Shown here one piece after another: positions 23,653 to 36,239 of a stretch of 64,000 bases of DNA. Made by a program: the position numbers and the translations under genes. Position 1 is the stretch's first letter; every line of letters begins with the position of its first letter. A model generated the notes under the pieces. That model ran no database searches. It was not told the DNA's origin and was given only the letters and a program-made list of their open reading frames with translations. Origin of the DNA: a virus. Taxonomy: Duplodnaviria > Caudoviricetes. The stretch is taken from positions 1-64,000 of IMG/VR virus record IMGVR_UViG_2786546475_000032; one strand, 5' to 3'.

Positions 23653-26600
23653 TTAAGAATCCCTTCCCAAGATACTTGACTTACAACCTGTGATATCCAC
23701 TAACCATTTATCTGAACCAACCTGCTCTACAAAATCATCCCTGATTCTTTCCGCAAGAGATAGGCGATATGTTAGAAGGTTACTCATATCCTTTGTCGCA
23801 CCGAGGAGATCCATAACATATGTTAGACCACCATCTTTAATAGAGTCAACCTCTTCCAAACATTTAATGATCGCACCGTTTAAATCATTATCAGTTGTCG
23901 CCATAGTGATATGGTATTTACCTTCAAGATCTTGAATGGGGTGAAAGAAGGTTTCATCTTCATCAACATTTACCTCCATCCTCTTTTTAAAATCTTCCAA
24001 GCAACACTCACTCACCAACTCTTCCAATTCTTTTTCAAACTCATCAATATCTTGCGCGATGAAGAAAGCTTCGTTACCCCATTCCAAACACTGATCCATA
24101 AAGATATCGTAATCTTCCTCTTCACTATCTGGATCACAAGTATTTGCGATATCATGATAATATTCTTCGTTCGCTACAGCTTCATGATACTGTTCACGAA
24201 GATCGAGCAACATATTCTCTAGATGTTTAATCATCTCTAGACGTTCTTTATCAATAGTGGACACCTTTCACCCCTCTTGATTCTAGAATGATATTAATTG
24301 TTGTCAAGCGATCCAATTCTTTTCTAAGGAAGCTCTCAAGATCTTCAATATCCTCTTCGGTCTCTACAATATCTCCAATAGTATTTTGAGCCTCTCTATA
24401 AAGTTGTTCGCTTGTTTTATCCTCTAGCTTTTGAAATACTTCAGGATGTTTCCTCTTATACTCTTTTAAAAATTCTTTCGCTCTATCATTCATTTAAAAC
24501 CTCACAATCGACATGTTTGAGTTCCAGTCTATAACCTCTCGTCGTTGTTTCCATAGACTTACCGGGTTTACCATGCCATTGAGTAGGGATGCTAAAGATA
24601 CCCTTGACCTCATAGATCTTACCATCATTCTTAATGATATGATCCCCGCGCTTTAAAAGTCTTGCAAAATTTCCTTCAGTCATCTTGTCATGAATCATAA
24701 TCTCATAATCCATCTGAGCAAGACCTAATTCCAAAGCTTCTCTAAGAACGAGGTCTAGAGTTACACGAGGATCATCCTCTTTATAACAAGAGGCGTATTT
24801 ATGCATTTGTTTTCTAATAGCTTTTGCATTATCGATAAGCCATTCTCTATTTCTCATTTCGATTTCTAACTTCATATCTATCCCAAGAAGGTTTCCAACC
24901 AGTAAGCATCACCACGAAGCTCGTCTTTAAGATCTTCAATATTATTAGGGAACTTATTCACTCCCATAAACTCTACAATAAAACCACCAGCACTACCTTT
25001 TTTAATTAAGATATCACCATCATAGTTCCCGATCCTCAAAGCCTTCACTTCTTTATCATCTCGAATAATCTCGAACTCTTCTTCATTATGTTCGGAAATC
25101 ATGCAAAGGAATTGCAGGAGATCGCATGAATACAAATCATGAAGATCGTTACAAAACCTCTCCCAAGTCAGGAACAAATCATCCCCGTAACTTACAAACT
25201 CGTCTTCCCACAAGATTTTAACAGCGTCTCCATCAACTTGGGGATTTGTAGCAATGAGATAAACCTCGACCTCATCTGGGGCAGGATCTTTTAGTAACCT
25301 GACATTATTTTCATAGTCTCTTTTGAGAGTTCTATTATAGACCTCATTGTAGATAACTTTAGGAGTAAGAGCTTGATTGAGCCAATGTTTCCATTCTACC
25401 CAAACTTCAAAATCATTATGCCTGAAGGGAACTGTACTGTTTTCAAAACGATTTTTCATATTAAAAGAATATTCACTCATAAATCACCATTCGTGTATCA
25501 TTTGACTAAGTTTTTGTTCGAGAGTATAGATACCAGTTGAAAGCTCGTAAATCTTCTCCTTCTCTAAACCAGCGAGATCATCATAATGTTCATAATCAAT
25601 ATGAGCTTGTTCAATTCTTTCTTTACTCATTTTTAAACCCCTTGCGATCTTTTTAGCTTATGTTTAAGACTTGAGATTTGAAACTCCAATTTAGTATCTT
25701 GGCTAATCAACCTATTCATCCTGAGTTCGTACTCTCCAACCTTGGTTCGAAGACTCTCGATAAGCTCAATATCAGGTTCTTCCGAATCCTCTTCTTCAAA
25801 AATATCATCCCAAATCTCACAACTTCTATTATCAAGATGTTCAATCTCTTTAATAAGAACCTGTCTTTGCTCATCCAATTTTTTAATTTGTTTTAAAATA
25901 TTCTCTTCACTCATTTAAAATACTCCTCATACATCGCTCTAGCGATATCCTCACGTTCTTGCATATTTGTTTCCCAAGCCTCAAAGGGGATTACAGCATC
26001 AATACCACAATAGGGGCAACAGGCTGTATCCTCGGTGTCTAATTCTAGAACGAAGTCATTCACCATATAGTCATCAAATTCCATCAAACAAAAGAAACAA
26101 ATACAAATATCAGAATCAATTACCGCTGTTTTATTTCCTCGACTCATCTCGTGATAACGAGCTAAATCATCGAAACTCAAGTCGCTCATTGTTAAACTCC
26201 TCTTGTTTAAACCAGTAGTAGGTTCTTCCCTGTCTGGTCTTCTTCCAAACCTTTGTATAAATATCGAGGTCAAAAGATCGTCTTGTCAAGATAATGTCCA
26301 AAGCTGTATGAAGTTCTTCAAGATACTTCATACACTCGCTATTTTTCAAACTATGCTGATTCAACAACCTTCTAACATCTTCACAAATAGATCCACCCAT
26401 ACTATTACCATAAGGTCTCTTGGTATCTACTTTTGGAAGATCGTAAAAGTCTTTATCCTTATCAATTTCAAGATAACGAAGAAGTGTGAGGTGTTCTTCT
26501 TTCAATTCAAAACGCATACCTATAACCCTCGTCAAAGAAGTAGAGTTCGTCCGAGAGATAATCTTTTAAACTCTCCAAGACATCGATCTCCCTTTCAATC

Positions 26601-29600
26601 TCGATAATATCTCTATTGAGCATATAGAATTCATCACCCATATCATCATCGAGGATATACATACGAGATAGATTATCCAAAGCTCGAAGCTTTTGTTTCA
26701 AATCATCTAATTCTCTATTTGTGTGATAAAGTTCATTTTCCATAGCGTAGTATTCATCATCATAAAACATATCAATCTCTCAAAATTTGAATGTATCTAT
26801 CAGGAAACATCTTATTTACCGCTTTAAAAGCATCTTCTTCGTTATAAGCTTCAATCATATACTTTTGACAATTCATCACGTTATTCTCCCACTTGTGGTA
26901 AACAAATGATGTATCGCTAATGAGGAATAGGAAGTTATCTTTCTCCCTGATATAAGAGGGGTCAGGTAGATTATCCTTATCGAACATTACCACAGGAATA
27001 GTCTCTCTACGCTCTAGAAAAGCTTTGGAGAGCCTATGCATCCCATCCATAATGTAGCCTTCAGGATCTAGAATGATAGGATAATCGAAGTTAGCATGAG
27101 TTAACTTATACAGATGAGCGATGAGGTCTAGTCCGTTCATCTCTCCCCAAACTGATTCTTCAAGCTGGTCGATAAATGATTTTGTATCAGCTTCAAACAC
27201 CTCCAAGTCTTTAGCAGCTTCCCAAAGATCTTCAACGATCCATTCCCTCTTACCATCTGAATAAGTATGCAAAATCACCCTCCTCTATAGCGTCCAAACA
27301 AAAATCAAGCACAAGAGTTGGAAGAAAATAGTCGCGCCGATATGACTTGTAAGTAGTGAAATCAACGCTGAAAATCGTTCATCCATTCTCATAAACATTT
27401 CGGTAAACTGCAACACGCCTTCATCTGTCGCGACGAGATTTAAGAAAGAATCTCGATTATCCAAGATAGCTTTCAAACCCTCGCCATCCTTATTCCAAGC
27501 GGTAGATGTATAGACCGAAGTTTTTAAGAATACGTTGATGAATACGAATAGGATAATAGTTTGAAACAATGTTATTTGAGGAGTGTTGAAAAGCTCAGTC
27601 ACTACATTGTTTAAAAAGAACCACAAAACCCCTACAGGAACAACTAGCGCAACAACTGCCAAGATAGAGACGGTTAATCCTTTATTCTTTGCATGTTTCA
27701 CCGCTTCATTATAGATATCGATCTTATCAGCTTCGCTAACAACACCTTTTTGTAAACATTTATCTAGAATCTTTCCAATATTCTTCTTTGACATTATACC
27801 ATCTCCAGTGTTCCAGATTTCATTAGTGTCAATCTGCCGTCATCCTTCGATTCGGAAAGAGTCAGGCCGCCTTTCTTTTTCAAGCTGTTGATATACTCTT
27901 CATGAGAAATATAATACTTTTGCCAATACTCACCGATCCAGTCGCTCGATGTTAAACAGATCTTTGTATCTTTGACCTCGAAGATATCGACATAATCCTT
28001 TTTCTTAACCCTTTGATAAGTTTCTCTCGAAAAGAATTTCTTCTTCGTTTCCAACTCGAAAGGTTGGTGAGGGAATCTTTCTCTATCTTCTTCAATCTCT
28101 TTATAAGTTCTTTCGAACCAATCTCTACTACAATCGGAATACATAAAATGCTTCCAGTAAGTATTGGCAGTTACCTTGTTACCGATAAGAGAAATTCGTT
28201 CGCCGTCTAATGATGCAGAAGTAATCTTGATAATTTTACCGTATGTACTCCCTGGACAAAAACCCGTCAAAAAGATCTGTAGAATTTTCTTATCATCGAG
28301 ATATCTAGCGAAACAAAATCCATACTCTTCTATAAAGTCATTCACCTCGTTTAGAAAGAGTTCTTTAGCGCTCATCTCATTCCTCATCAATATGAAGCTT
28401 TTGAACAGTGCTCAATCGAATAACTTTTAAAGAAGGTTTTTGTCCAAGCTTGAGGCTATCGGAGATTTTCAAATCCTCTTTATTGAAGTTAGAAGGGAGC
28501 CAGATCATTTGATACAGATCAAACTCACCAACCTTTTCTTCAACAAAGAGAACAAGCAGTCTATGATCAGTGTCTTTAATCAAATAGTTTTCGACGCCGT
28601 GAAACTCTCTACCAGTTTCAGGATCGAATTTAATAATGGTTACTAAACAGTTATTCATTATTCTTCACCCTTGAAGTTCTTTTCAAGTTCGTCAACGAAG
28701 TTTTGCATATCAAATCACCTTCGCGCTAATCTTTTCTTCGTACACATCTTTTTCAGTCTTACTAGGTCTTACCCAACTTGGCAAGAGACTTTTATCAGAA
28801 CAGTGATAGATGATATAAAAGACGTGGTAAAGTTCTCCAGTCTCTTCGTTTACCCTATTCACTCTTCTTTGTGCGTGCCAACGGATAACACTTCTTCTGA
28901 CACTATCGACACATTGTTTAAGCGTTCTCTTACTCGTTTTCTTACGTTCTCGCCAACGACCGTAGGATGCGCCATGGCGAGTTACATAAATGTTTCTTTG
29001 ATCTTCGTCTTGGATCGACATGTCACACTCCATATCTTTTAAAATTTTGGCGTAAACTTTATCTAACTCAGGCTCGGTATAAGGCTTTTCTTTTAAACCT
29101 TTTCTTTCAGCGTAATTCTTTTCGAGTTGTTCACTGAGTTTAGAAGGTGGTCGTTTATATTTATCGAGATCTTGAGGAAGAATCAATTTATACCTCTTCA
29201 CCCTTCCTCCTCAAGTATGCTTTAAGGTTGATAGGGTAAAGGGGATCTTCTTTTTTAATCCCCTTAATATTGTTCTTAACAGGATATTTATCTAACCAAA
29301 CAATCAAATCCTTTACAAATTCTTCTTTAAGCTCATCATTCTCATCAAATCGCTTATCCAACTTATCCCAAGTCTGATCTAAACATCTAGATTCCACCGT
29401 TGGATAACTAAGATATAGGTTGATATTCTTTGTTCGCAAAAGATCTACAAAATCAATATACAAATCTCTATTTAAATAGCGATACTTTATCAAGTAATTT
29501 GGCGAACCACTATTTTTATAATTTTTGTACTCGAAGAGAAAAAGCTCTTTCTTATCACCCTCTTTAACCGAAGTTACTATATTATCATTTGTTAGTAAGC

Positions 29601-29745
29601 GATCGAGACGATCAAGTTTGGCGGCTTGTCCAAACCTGTTAAATCCTTCATACAACCATAGCTTAAATCTACTAAACCACGATACCTTCCCGGTTTCTTT
29701 TCGTAGTAATGCCATTTCTTCTCTCCAAACTCTTTTACACGCCAT
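23653..29745 (-). CDS. Cluster of hypothetical proteins (acidic/coiled-coil, Zn-finger 25911, membrane protein 27285)
   Basis: Contiguous - strand ORFs; CICFFC/CPYCGID in 25911; hydrophobic helices in 27285. Confidence 0.55.
26772..27278 (-). CDS. ParB/Srx-like nuclease-domain protein
   Basis: YPIIL...IMDGMHRLSKA...IPV motif. Confidence 0.7.
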   Translation of the reverse strand: MILHTYSDGKREWIVEDLWEAAKDLEVFEADTKSFIDQLEESVWGEMNGLDLIAHLYKLTHANFDYPIILDPEGYIMDGMHRLSKAFLERRETIPVVMFDKDNLPDPSYIREKDNFLFLISDTSFVYHKWENNVMNCQKYMIEAYNEEDAFKAVNKMFPDRYIQILRD

Positions 29746-30104
29746 CTAGAAGTCTTTCTAGAGTAGTGCATCCTATGAACCCTCCCATGCTTATCTGTAT
29801 AAGCACCGTAAGGCCCTCTATCAGTAGCTTGGCACCAGATGTGTTTTCCTTTGAATTCGTCATCATCATATTTAGCACCCCTTACATCAACGATAGTCAC
29901 TTTTACCCAAGTCCCGAACGGAATAGTTCGGGAAGCAAGGGTGTGAGCATTCATATCAAAAGGTTCACCATTAGCCATTGTCTTACCGTGATGATATTCA
30001 CCGTAGTAAGTCGCTAGACCAACATCTCGAATCTTTGGCTCATACTGGTCGAGATAACTCATCGGTTGAGCACACAGGCTTAATAGAAGCAAAAATTTAA
30101 TCAT
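29592..30104 (-). CDS. rlpA: RlpA-like (DPBB) lytic transglycosylase with signal peptide
   Basis: GLATYYG, TMANGEPFDMNAHTLASRTIPFGTWVKVT, DRGPY, DLSYG. Confidence 0.85.
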   Translation of the reverse strand: MIKFLLLLSLCAQPMSYLDQYEPKIRDVGLATYYGEYHHGKTMANGEPFDMNAHTLASRTIPFGTWVKVTIVDVRGAKYDDDEFKGKHIWCQATDRGPYGAYTDKHGRVHRMHYSRKTSRWRVKEFGEKKWHYYEKKPGRYRGLVDLSYGCMKDLTGLDKPPNLIVSIAY

Positions 30105-30111
30105 TTATTCC

Positions 30112-30513
30112 TCACTGAGCTAAAACCAAAAGTGCAACCGCGAAAGATATCAGTAGATGAAAAGTGTTATCTACAATAATAATCGACCACGGTCCCATAT
30201 GTTCTTTAAAACCCTTTTGTCCTGAATAATTCATCCACACACTTGCCAACCTATAACGATCGATAAAGTAATGCGTGATAGCGATAATTACCCAAGCCCA
30301 AATAGGCCACATCTCATTACCCAATGCGTGATTTACCAATTCAACACACCCGAAACAAGCTAGAGTGTATAAGAATACATGTAAGAGGCACGCGATTGGT
30401 GAGAAAGTTTTTGGGTCATCCCTGTCAAAGACCTTCTTTTGCGCTATCCAATCATTCTGCCAAAGATAATCACCAAGCAAGTGGGCAACGAGTAGTGCGA
30501 ATCCAATCATCAT
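30112..30513 (-). CDS. DUF3307-like membrane protein
   Basis: AHLLGDYLWQ, H...Y, THYFID, DNTFH conserved His/Asp pattern. Confidence 0.75.
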   Translation of the reverse strand: MMIGFALLVAHLLGDYLWQNDWIAQKKVFDRDDPKTFSPIACLLHVFLYTLACFGCVELVNHALGNEMWPIWAWVIIAITHYFIDRYRLASVWMNYSGQKGFKEHMGPWSIIIVDNTFHLLISFAVALLVLAQ

Positions 30514-31556
30514 ATCTCCTCAACAATACTTAACAAATGTGTCGTAACTCGTTGCTTTAAAACCTAGTTCTTTTAATCTCTTCAAATCTTCACTACTAAC
30601 ATCTTCAGGATCAACATATACGAATAGTTCGTCATGTTCACACCCGAAACAATACTTATCTTCAGTATACTTTGCAAAAATTTCAAACGCTTCGATAAGA
30701 TCCTTCATATTTTACCTCTCTTGTAATCTTCTCTTTTAATGTAATAGAATCATTTCCATGATGATGGTAGTCAGGTGGTGAAGAGATATCCCAACCTTCC
30801 TTTGAGTAAGCACTCATCAACATTTTAAATACCGAGGTATACATACCCCCACCAGACATATCCTTGTGGAGTCTCTCATGATCTTCTTTCGTAATTGGAA
30901 CCCTTATTACTAAAGGTTGTTTAGCTTTCTCGGGGTCGAACGTATTCAACTCTTCTGTAAGAACCTCTTGGATATGAGCGTCCACTTCTTCAAAGAACTT
31001 ATTAGCTTCTTTTTGAAGACTCTCCCAATGAAGTTTCATCTTATCTTTAAAATCTTGTGCTTTAATTCTAGTCATATTCACTTCCTAAAAATAATTTTGT
31101 ATTTCTTTAAGAGTTCATCTGTTGGTTTGATTCGCAAGAACCTTAAAGTATTCCCCATGGGACCATCTTTTCTCGATGTTACAAAGAGTTCCCAGCCTTT
31201 CTCTTCCCACTTACGCTCTACTTCATCTTGACAGCTTTTGAACGTATCATAAAGCTTATCTGACAAAGAGATCTCTAAACTATAATCCCCACCATGTTGG
31301 ATCTCTTTATAAGCTCTAAGAATTCTAGCCTCGATCCTATCATTCAACTCTTTGTAAGATTGAGATTTTAGTTCTTTCAACTTCTTTAGAAACTCTTCAG
31401 CATCTAAAGCTTTAGCTCTTCTTTCTTCATCCAAAAGGGTTAAGTTTTCTTCATAATTATTCATATCACACTCCATATGAACATAATTAGTTTTGTGAAT
31501 AGTGCAATGATCAATGATATACATAAAACCTTATGTAAAAACCATTCAATATCCAA

Positions 31557-32330
31557 TCACTTACTCTTATTTTTATTCTTCTTTTTAGCTTTCTTAGCTT
31601 CCTTCTTACGACGCTTCCTGATATAGTATTTCAACCTGTTCGATTGTAGTTGAACCTGTCTATCCATCAACCCATCGAGATCGATAGGCATAAAAGCTTC
31701 TTTACCCATCTCCCAAAGAAGTTCAGAACAAACCTTCACGTCAACTTCAGCATTATGAAGAGAGCCTTTACCATATGCAACATCTGCCATAGCTCCAACA
31801 CCATAGCGTCTAGCTGCTGCCTCTTGGTTTTTATACCTAGATGATGAATACTTCCAGAACCATGGGTATAAGTCGATATGAGGTCTCTTCTCAAGATCTA
31901 TACCAACTCTTTCCATCTCAGCTTTCATCATGAGATAGTCAAAGTTCTCGCCGTTGTAGAAACTCCAAGCATCACCCTGATGTAAGAATGCATAGATAAC
32001 TTCAGCAACAGTTAATCCATCTTCATATTCCTCATCAAAAGCTGGTAGATGATCTACCATATCATTTGTGATACCGTTTGCATCGCTCGCGCCTTTAGGG
32101 ATCTCTCGTTTAGGATTTACATAAAGAGACAGCTTCGAGATAACCCTCATCTCACCAGCTATACATCTATGTAGGAAACCACAAAACTGAATGATCTTAT
32201 CTTCTTCAGGGTTCACACCAGTAGATTCTAAATCCCATGTAACAAAATCCAAATCACGCCAGTTTACCCACGCGATATGATCGGGGATATAAGGCTTTTC
32301 GATAAAGCTTAAAACCTTTAAATCATCCAT
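31557..32330 (-). CDS. DEDDh 3'-5' exonuclease (DNA pol III epsilon-like)
   Basis: DLESTG, GITNDMV, YNGENFD, HNAEVD. Confidence 0.88.
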   Translation of the reverse strand: MDDLKVLSFIEKPYIPDHIAWVNWRDLDFVTWDLESTGVNPEEDKIIQFCGFLHRCIAGEMRVISKLSLYVNPKREIPKGASDANGITNDMVDHLPAFDEEYEDGLTVAEVIYAFLHQGDAWSFYNGENFDYLMMKAEMERVGIDLEKRPHIDLYPWFWKYSSSRYKNQEAAARRYGVGAMADVAYGKGSLHNAEVDVKVCSELLWEMGKEAFMPIDLDGLMDRQVQLQSNRLKYYIRKRRKKEAKKAKKKNKNKSK

Positions 32331-32862
32331 TAATCAAAGACTCCTCGACCCCTTCCTTGATGAGATAGAAGTCTCTATTATTCGTTTCCAGAACAGACTT
32401 CATATCTTCTACCTTCAAGCCATCCATACTCATCTTGATAAAGACTTTATCATTGGTATCCATATTGACTAGAAAGTCAACTGTTTCAAGTTTAGAAGTC
32501 AACTCAGTATATTCTGGTTTAGCTTTGGAATAACTCTTTTCCCTTTCCAAACGGGATTTTGTAGATCTCGAATGATCTAAGTAAACACTCTTGATCACTT
32601 CTTTAAAATATGAGCAGAAGACGGCTTGGTTGGAGAGCTTCAAGAGATCCATACCTTGATCAGTCATGATCTTTGTAAGGAATCTAATGTAAGCCTCGTG
32701 CAAGTAGTCTTTCGCTGACATCTCGTATTTGTAATCGAGACTGTTGAAGTATTGTTTTTGAATGTGTTTGATGAACATCTTATAATTGGATGCGAAAAGC
32801 TCGGAGAATTTATTTTCCAAGCCTTTTCCATCCTCGTTTGTCTTCAAAGTGTATGTTTTCAA
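32323..32862 (-). CDS. ECF-type sigma-factor-like protein
   Basis: DYLHEAYIRFL and YLDHSRS resemble ECF region 2; C-terminal region-4-like helix pattern; 179 aa. Confidence 0.55.
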   Translation of the reverse strand: MKTYTLKTNEDGKGLENKFSELFASNYKMFIKHIQKQYFNSLDYKYEMSAKDYLHEAYIRFLTKIMTDQGMDLLKLSNQAVFCSYFKEVIKSVYLDHSRSTKSRLEREKSYSKAKPEYTELTSKLETVDFLVNMDTNDKVFIKMSMDGLKVEDMKSVLETNNRDFYLIKEGVEESLING

Positions 32863-33456
32863 AGTTTGTACCTTTTGGGTGATTTAGTCTTCTCAAGAAT
32901 TCACGAAAGAGAATGGTGTCACTATTAGCCCCCGAATCACAACTGTCAAAGTTAATTTGATCAATGACATCATCGACTACTAAACTATAAAGATAGGGTG
33001 CGGCTTCAGCGCGGTCTTCATAACTCCACTCGCTAAAGGTTGCTAACGCATCTTCGAGAGTTTTGATAGCAGCGTCCCTAAATTGCAGCATCCTACTATG
33101 TTTGCCACTCAACAGGGTTACAGCAAAATGTTTGAAATCATGAGCGGTCATATCGACTTCCAAAGGTTCGGTTGAGAACTCTTTCTCATTAAAGTAAAGC
33201 GTTCGACCATCTGGCATAATACCTTTGATTCTCTTGATTTTCATAGGATTATTGATCGCATCATGTACTTCGAAAGCCACATCCCAAGAACCATTAACCA
33301 TCACTGGTTTGGTATCTAGGTTAAACTCTAAATGTAAATCTTCCAAGTAATCGGACAACCCCATCCCTGGATAAGCACCGATCGACCCAACAAAATAATT
33401 CGTACCCAGCTTGATCCATTCCTTTTCTCTATCGGTAAAAACTCTTGAGTAAGACA

Positions 33457-33888
33457 TCACTTTCTCTTTATAGTAATTTGTTGTTTCGCACTATTTAGTT
33501 CAACTCGTATACTCTGACCGATATCAAAACCACACTCTTTCAAAACATTCCCATCAATATAAATTCGAGGGTGTTCACTTTGATATCCTTCAGAATTCTT
33601 AACGTGTCTTGAGACTCGACCATCTTTGTAGGTAACGGGTTTCTCAAGTTCTAGTAACTGTAAAAAGAGTTCTTGCTTACCCTGGTTCTTTTCTACATAA
33701 ATAATGGATAACTCTACACAATCACTTGTTTGATGCTTGGATAGAATAAAGTATCCAAACGTTAAAGAGTTTCCAACAAGTAGATCTTCATTCGAAAATC
33801 TACCGACAGTCTTCAATACATGTTTTGGTAATGAACTCTCCCAATCTTCTTCATCAATTAAAAAATCTTTTAATTTACTCATATCCAA
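33457..33888 (-). CDS. Hypothetical protein with C-terminal AbrB/SymE-like domain
   Basis: PRIYIDGNVLKECGFDIGQSIRVE...ITIK. Confidence 0.55.
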   Translation of the reverse strand: MDMSKLKDFLIDEEDWESSLPKHVLKTVGRFSNEDLLVGNSLTFGYFILSKHQTSDCVELSIIYVEKNQGKQELFLQLLELEKPVTYKDGRVSRHVKNSEGYQSEHPRIYIDGNVLKECGFDIGQSIRVELNSAKQQITIKRK

Positions 33889-33894
33889 CCTAAA

Positions 33895-33925
33895 ATAGCC
33901 CCTTTGGAAGTACCAAAGGGGCTAT
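33895..33925. terminator. Hairpin/terminator
   Basis: atagcccctttgg-aagta-ccaaaggggctat after the 33937 stop. Confidence 0.7.
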
Positions 33926-33936
33926 GTGACAGTCGA

Positions 33937-35424
33937 TTAGACAAGTAGCGCCGATCCCATGATACCGAGAGCAATCATACGACTGATCAACTCGGTGTAT
34001 TCAGGATCACCATTTAGAATTTTGATAGCTACCGCATCTTGCCAACCATCGACAACATCAACGTTGCCACCTTTAAGCTCGTTACAGAATGTTTCCATAT
34101 CCGAGATAAACATCTCTTCAACATCCTTATCCTTGACAAAGCGTGGAACACCGCGCGAGTTAGTAAGGTTTTTGTTAGAGGTTTTGTTATTCTTTTTAGC
34201 TTTCTCTTTCGCACGCTCGGCTGCTGCCATGAGCTTGTTAGGGACGCTCTCAGGCTCTCCAACCTCTTGATCCGGGGTTGACCCTTGCTCTTCTTTCTCG
34301 GGTACTTCTACGAGGTTTGTAGAGGCTTGAGCGACCTCTTTAGCCTCTTTTACACTGAGCTTTGAAGTCGATTCAGGGAGTAGACCCGAGTTTTGAATCG
34401 CGATAACTCCAAATGATTTAAAGTTATCAGCACTCATCCCGATCAACATCTCGATGAATTCATCTTGACAGCAGTAGGTTCCAAGACGTTCACAAAGATC
34501 TTGCCATTCCTCGTAAGCCTCTTCGTAACCACCATCTTTGTAAGCAGTCTTGAAAGGTGGCTTGGGGAACATATCAGCAAGAGCGATAGCATTTGTTTGT
34601 GTCACACCTTTAATCACTGGATTACCATTCTTATCCAGATGAAATGGGACGCCTGCTTGATCCAATGCGCGAGGAGTTTTCCTAGAAAGAAAATCCTTAC
34701 GGTATTCATAGTGAACAAGATCAAGGATACGCTTTGGCAAACGATCTAGCTTGAGCAACTGACCAATAGTTGCAGGGCTAACTTGACGCTCTTTAGCAAT
34801 AGCTGATTGAGAAAGTCCCATCTCCAAACGCCGCTTGATCATATCCAACTGATCAATAGGGCTGAAGTCTAGAGCGGCGTCATTATCACCCTCGATCTCG
34901 CTAAGGATTTGAGCCATCACTGAACGATGTGTTCCTGTATAATGGCGAACATCAACAGTCAGTTTGTACTCTTCAACCTTCATTTGCCAAACATTCTCGA
35001 CAACCTCTTTGAGATTGGCGATAGAACGGTTGCCTGCAATCGCGTAGTAACGATGTGTAGGGTTTTCATCAATGAGTGTAGCATCGACTACGCTAATTGA
35101 TTTTGTAAGCCCGTTCGCCTTTTGAATGCGATTCATCAAGAGGGGGTCGAGATAGTCAAGATCTCGTCGAGGATTCAAAGGACAGATGCCAACATCGGAA
35201 AGACTAATTTCTTCAGTTGTTGTATCGATCCCAACAAACGCCTCCCAAACTTCTGTTGATTCGAGAGACTGATCTTCGAGTAGAAGACTGATCAAATCAT
35301 CCTTACGAACCTTTGAAGCGAAACTAATTGCTTCCACACCACGAATCGAGTTGCGAGACTCCGCAAGCTCTTTAAGTTGTGCGACAGTGTTTTGCTCCAA
35401 TTCTTCTTTACTGAACATTTCCAT
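33937..35424 (-). CDS. ParB-like protein with N-terminal Rho-N/HeH-like motif and HTH
   Basis: TVAQLKELAE...RKDDLISLL; NPRR and AIAGNRS (ParB arginine-patch-like); LSQSAIAKERQVSPATIGQLL HTH; start set behind GGAG. Confidence 0.6.
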   Translation of the reverse strand: MEMFSKEELEQNTVAQLKELAESRNSIRGVEAISFASKVRKDDLISLLLEDQSLESTEVWEAFVGIDTTTEEISLSDVGICPLNPRRDLDYLDPLLMNRIQKANGLTKSISVVDATLIDENPTHRYYAIAGNRSIANLKEVVENVWQMKVEEYKLTVDVRHYTGTHRSVMAQILSEIEGDNDAALDFSPIDQLDMIKRRLEMGLSQSAIAKERQVSPATIGQLLKLDRLPKRILDLVHYEYRKDFLSRKTPRALDQAGVPFHLDKNGNPVIKGVTQTNAIALADMFPKPPFKTAYKDGGYEEAYEEWQDLCERLGTYCCQDEFIEMLIGMSADNFKSFGVIAIQNSGLLPESTSKLSVKEAKEVAQASTNLVEVPEKEEQGSTPDQEVGEPESVPNKLMAAAERAKEKAKKNNKTSNKNLTNSRGVPRFVKDKDVEEMFISDMETFCNELKGGNVDVVDGWQDAVAIKILNGDPEYTELISRMIALGIMGSALLV

Positions 35425-36166
35425 AGTTTCTCCATTTTGGAAAAAGAGTTTTTTGATTTGTGGACCACCCACAAATTCAACTTACGTTACCATACTTACA
35501 CCCGCTCGTCAAGCGGGAAAGGAATCTAAAAGATCTCATCTAGAATATTTAAAACTACATAACCCACTAATGCAAACATCGTGCTTACTGAAAGCGTCAA
35601 CACAGCAAGAGCCATTTTTCATATCCCTCTTTAAGAGAATCTATAACATCTTTTGGATTGATTTGGTTGATCACATTTGACCAGATTGGCGAAAAGTCTA
35701 CATATTCTAATTGATGAGGACTCAGATGATATCCGGCCTGTTTTTCTGTATCTCTTTCAAGAGAAATCATCCCCTGAAAGATTTGTGATAGATACCATTC
35801 CAAACCTTTCTCATCTACTGTTCTTTTAGAAGCTAAAGCAAGATCATTCCACCTCTGTGCGAAGGAACTATGAGGTTGAATAATTTCGATAACATTTCTA
35901 AAGAGAGGAGACTCTAACCAGTTCAAATCCTCAATAAACCTATTTTGAAAAACAACCTCTCGATGAAGTCTCTCTTGAATGAGATAGATCACTCCTAATC
36001 TTTCATAACAATAAAAGTAGAAATGACTACCTCGCGCGAAGAAAAACAAAAGGCCATTATTAAAATCTTTATACCCTTCGGCGTGTGAAATCCACGAAGG
36101 GTGACGTTGACACCAAAGTGCTAGAAAATTCATTTTGAACCTCTAAACTAGATAAGAGTTAATTAG

Positions 36167-36239
36167 TGGGTCATACAGGACTCGAACCTGTAACTAACCA
36201 GTTATGAGCTGGTGGTTCTACCAATTGAACTAATGACCC
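36167..36239 (-). tRNA. tRNA with CAT anticodon (Ile2 or Met); CCA not encoded
   Basis: Cloverleaf GGGTCAT/ATGACCC, ACCAG-CTCATAA-CTGGT, ACAGG-TTCGAGT-CCTGT. Confidence 0.92.
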
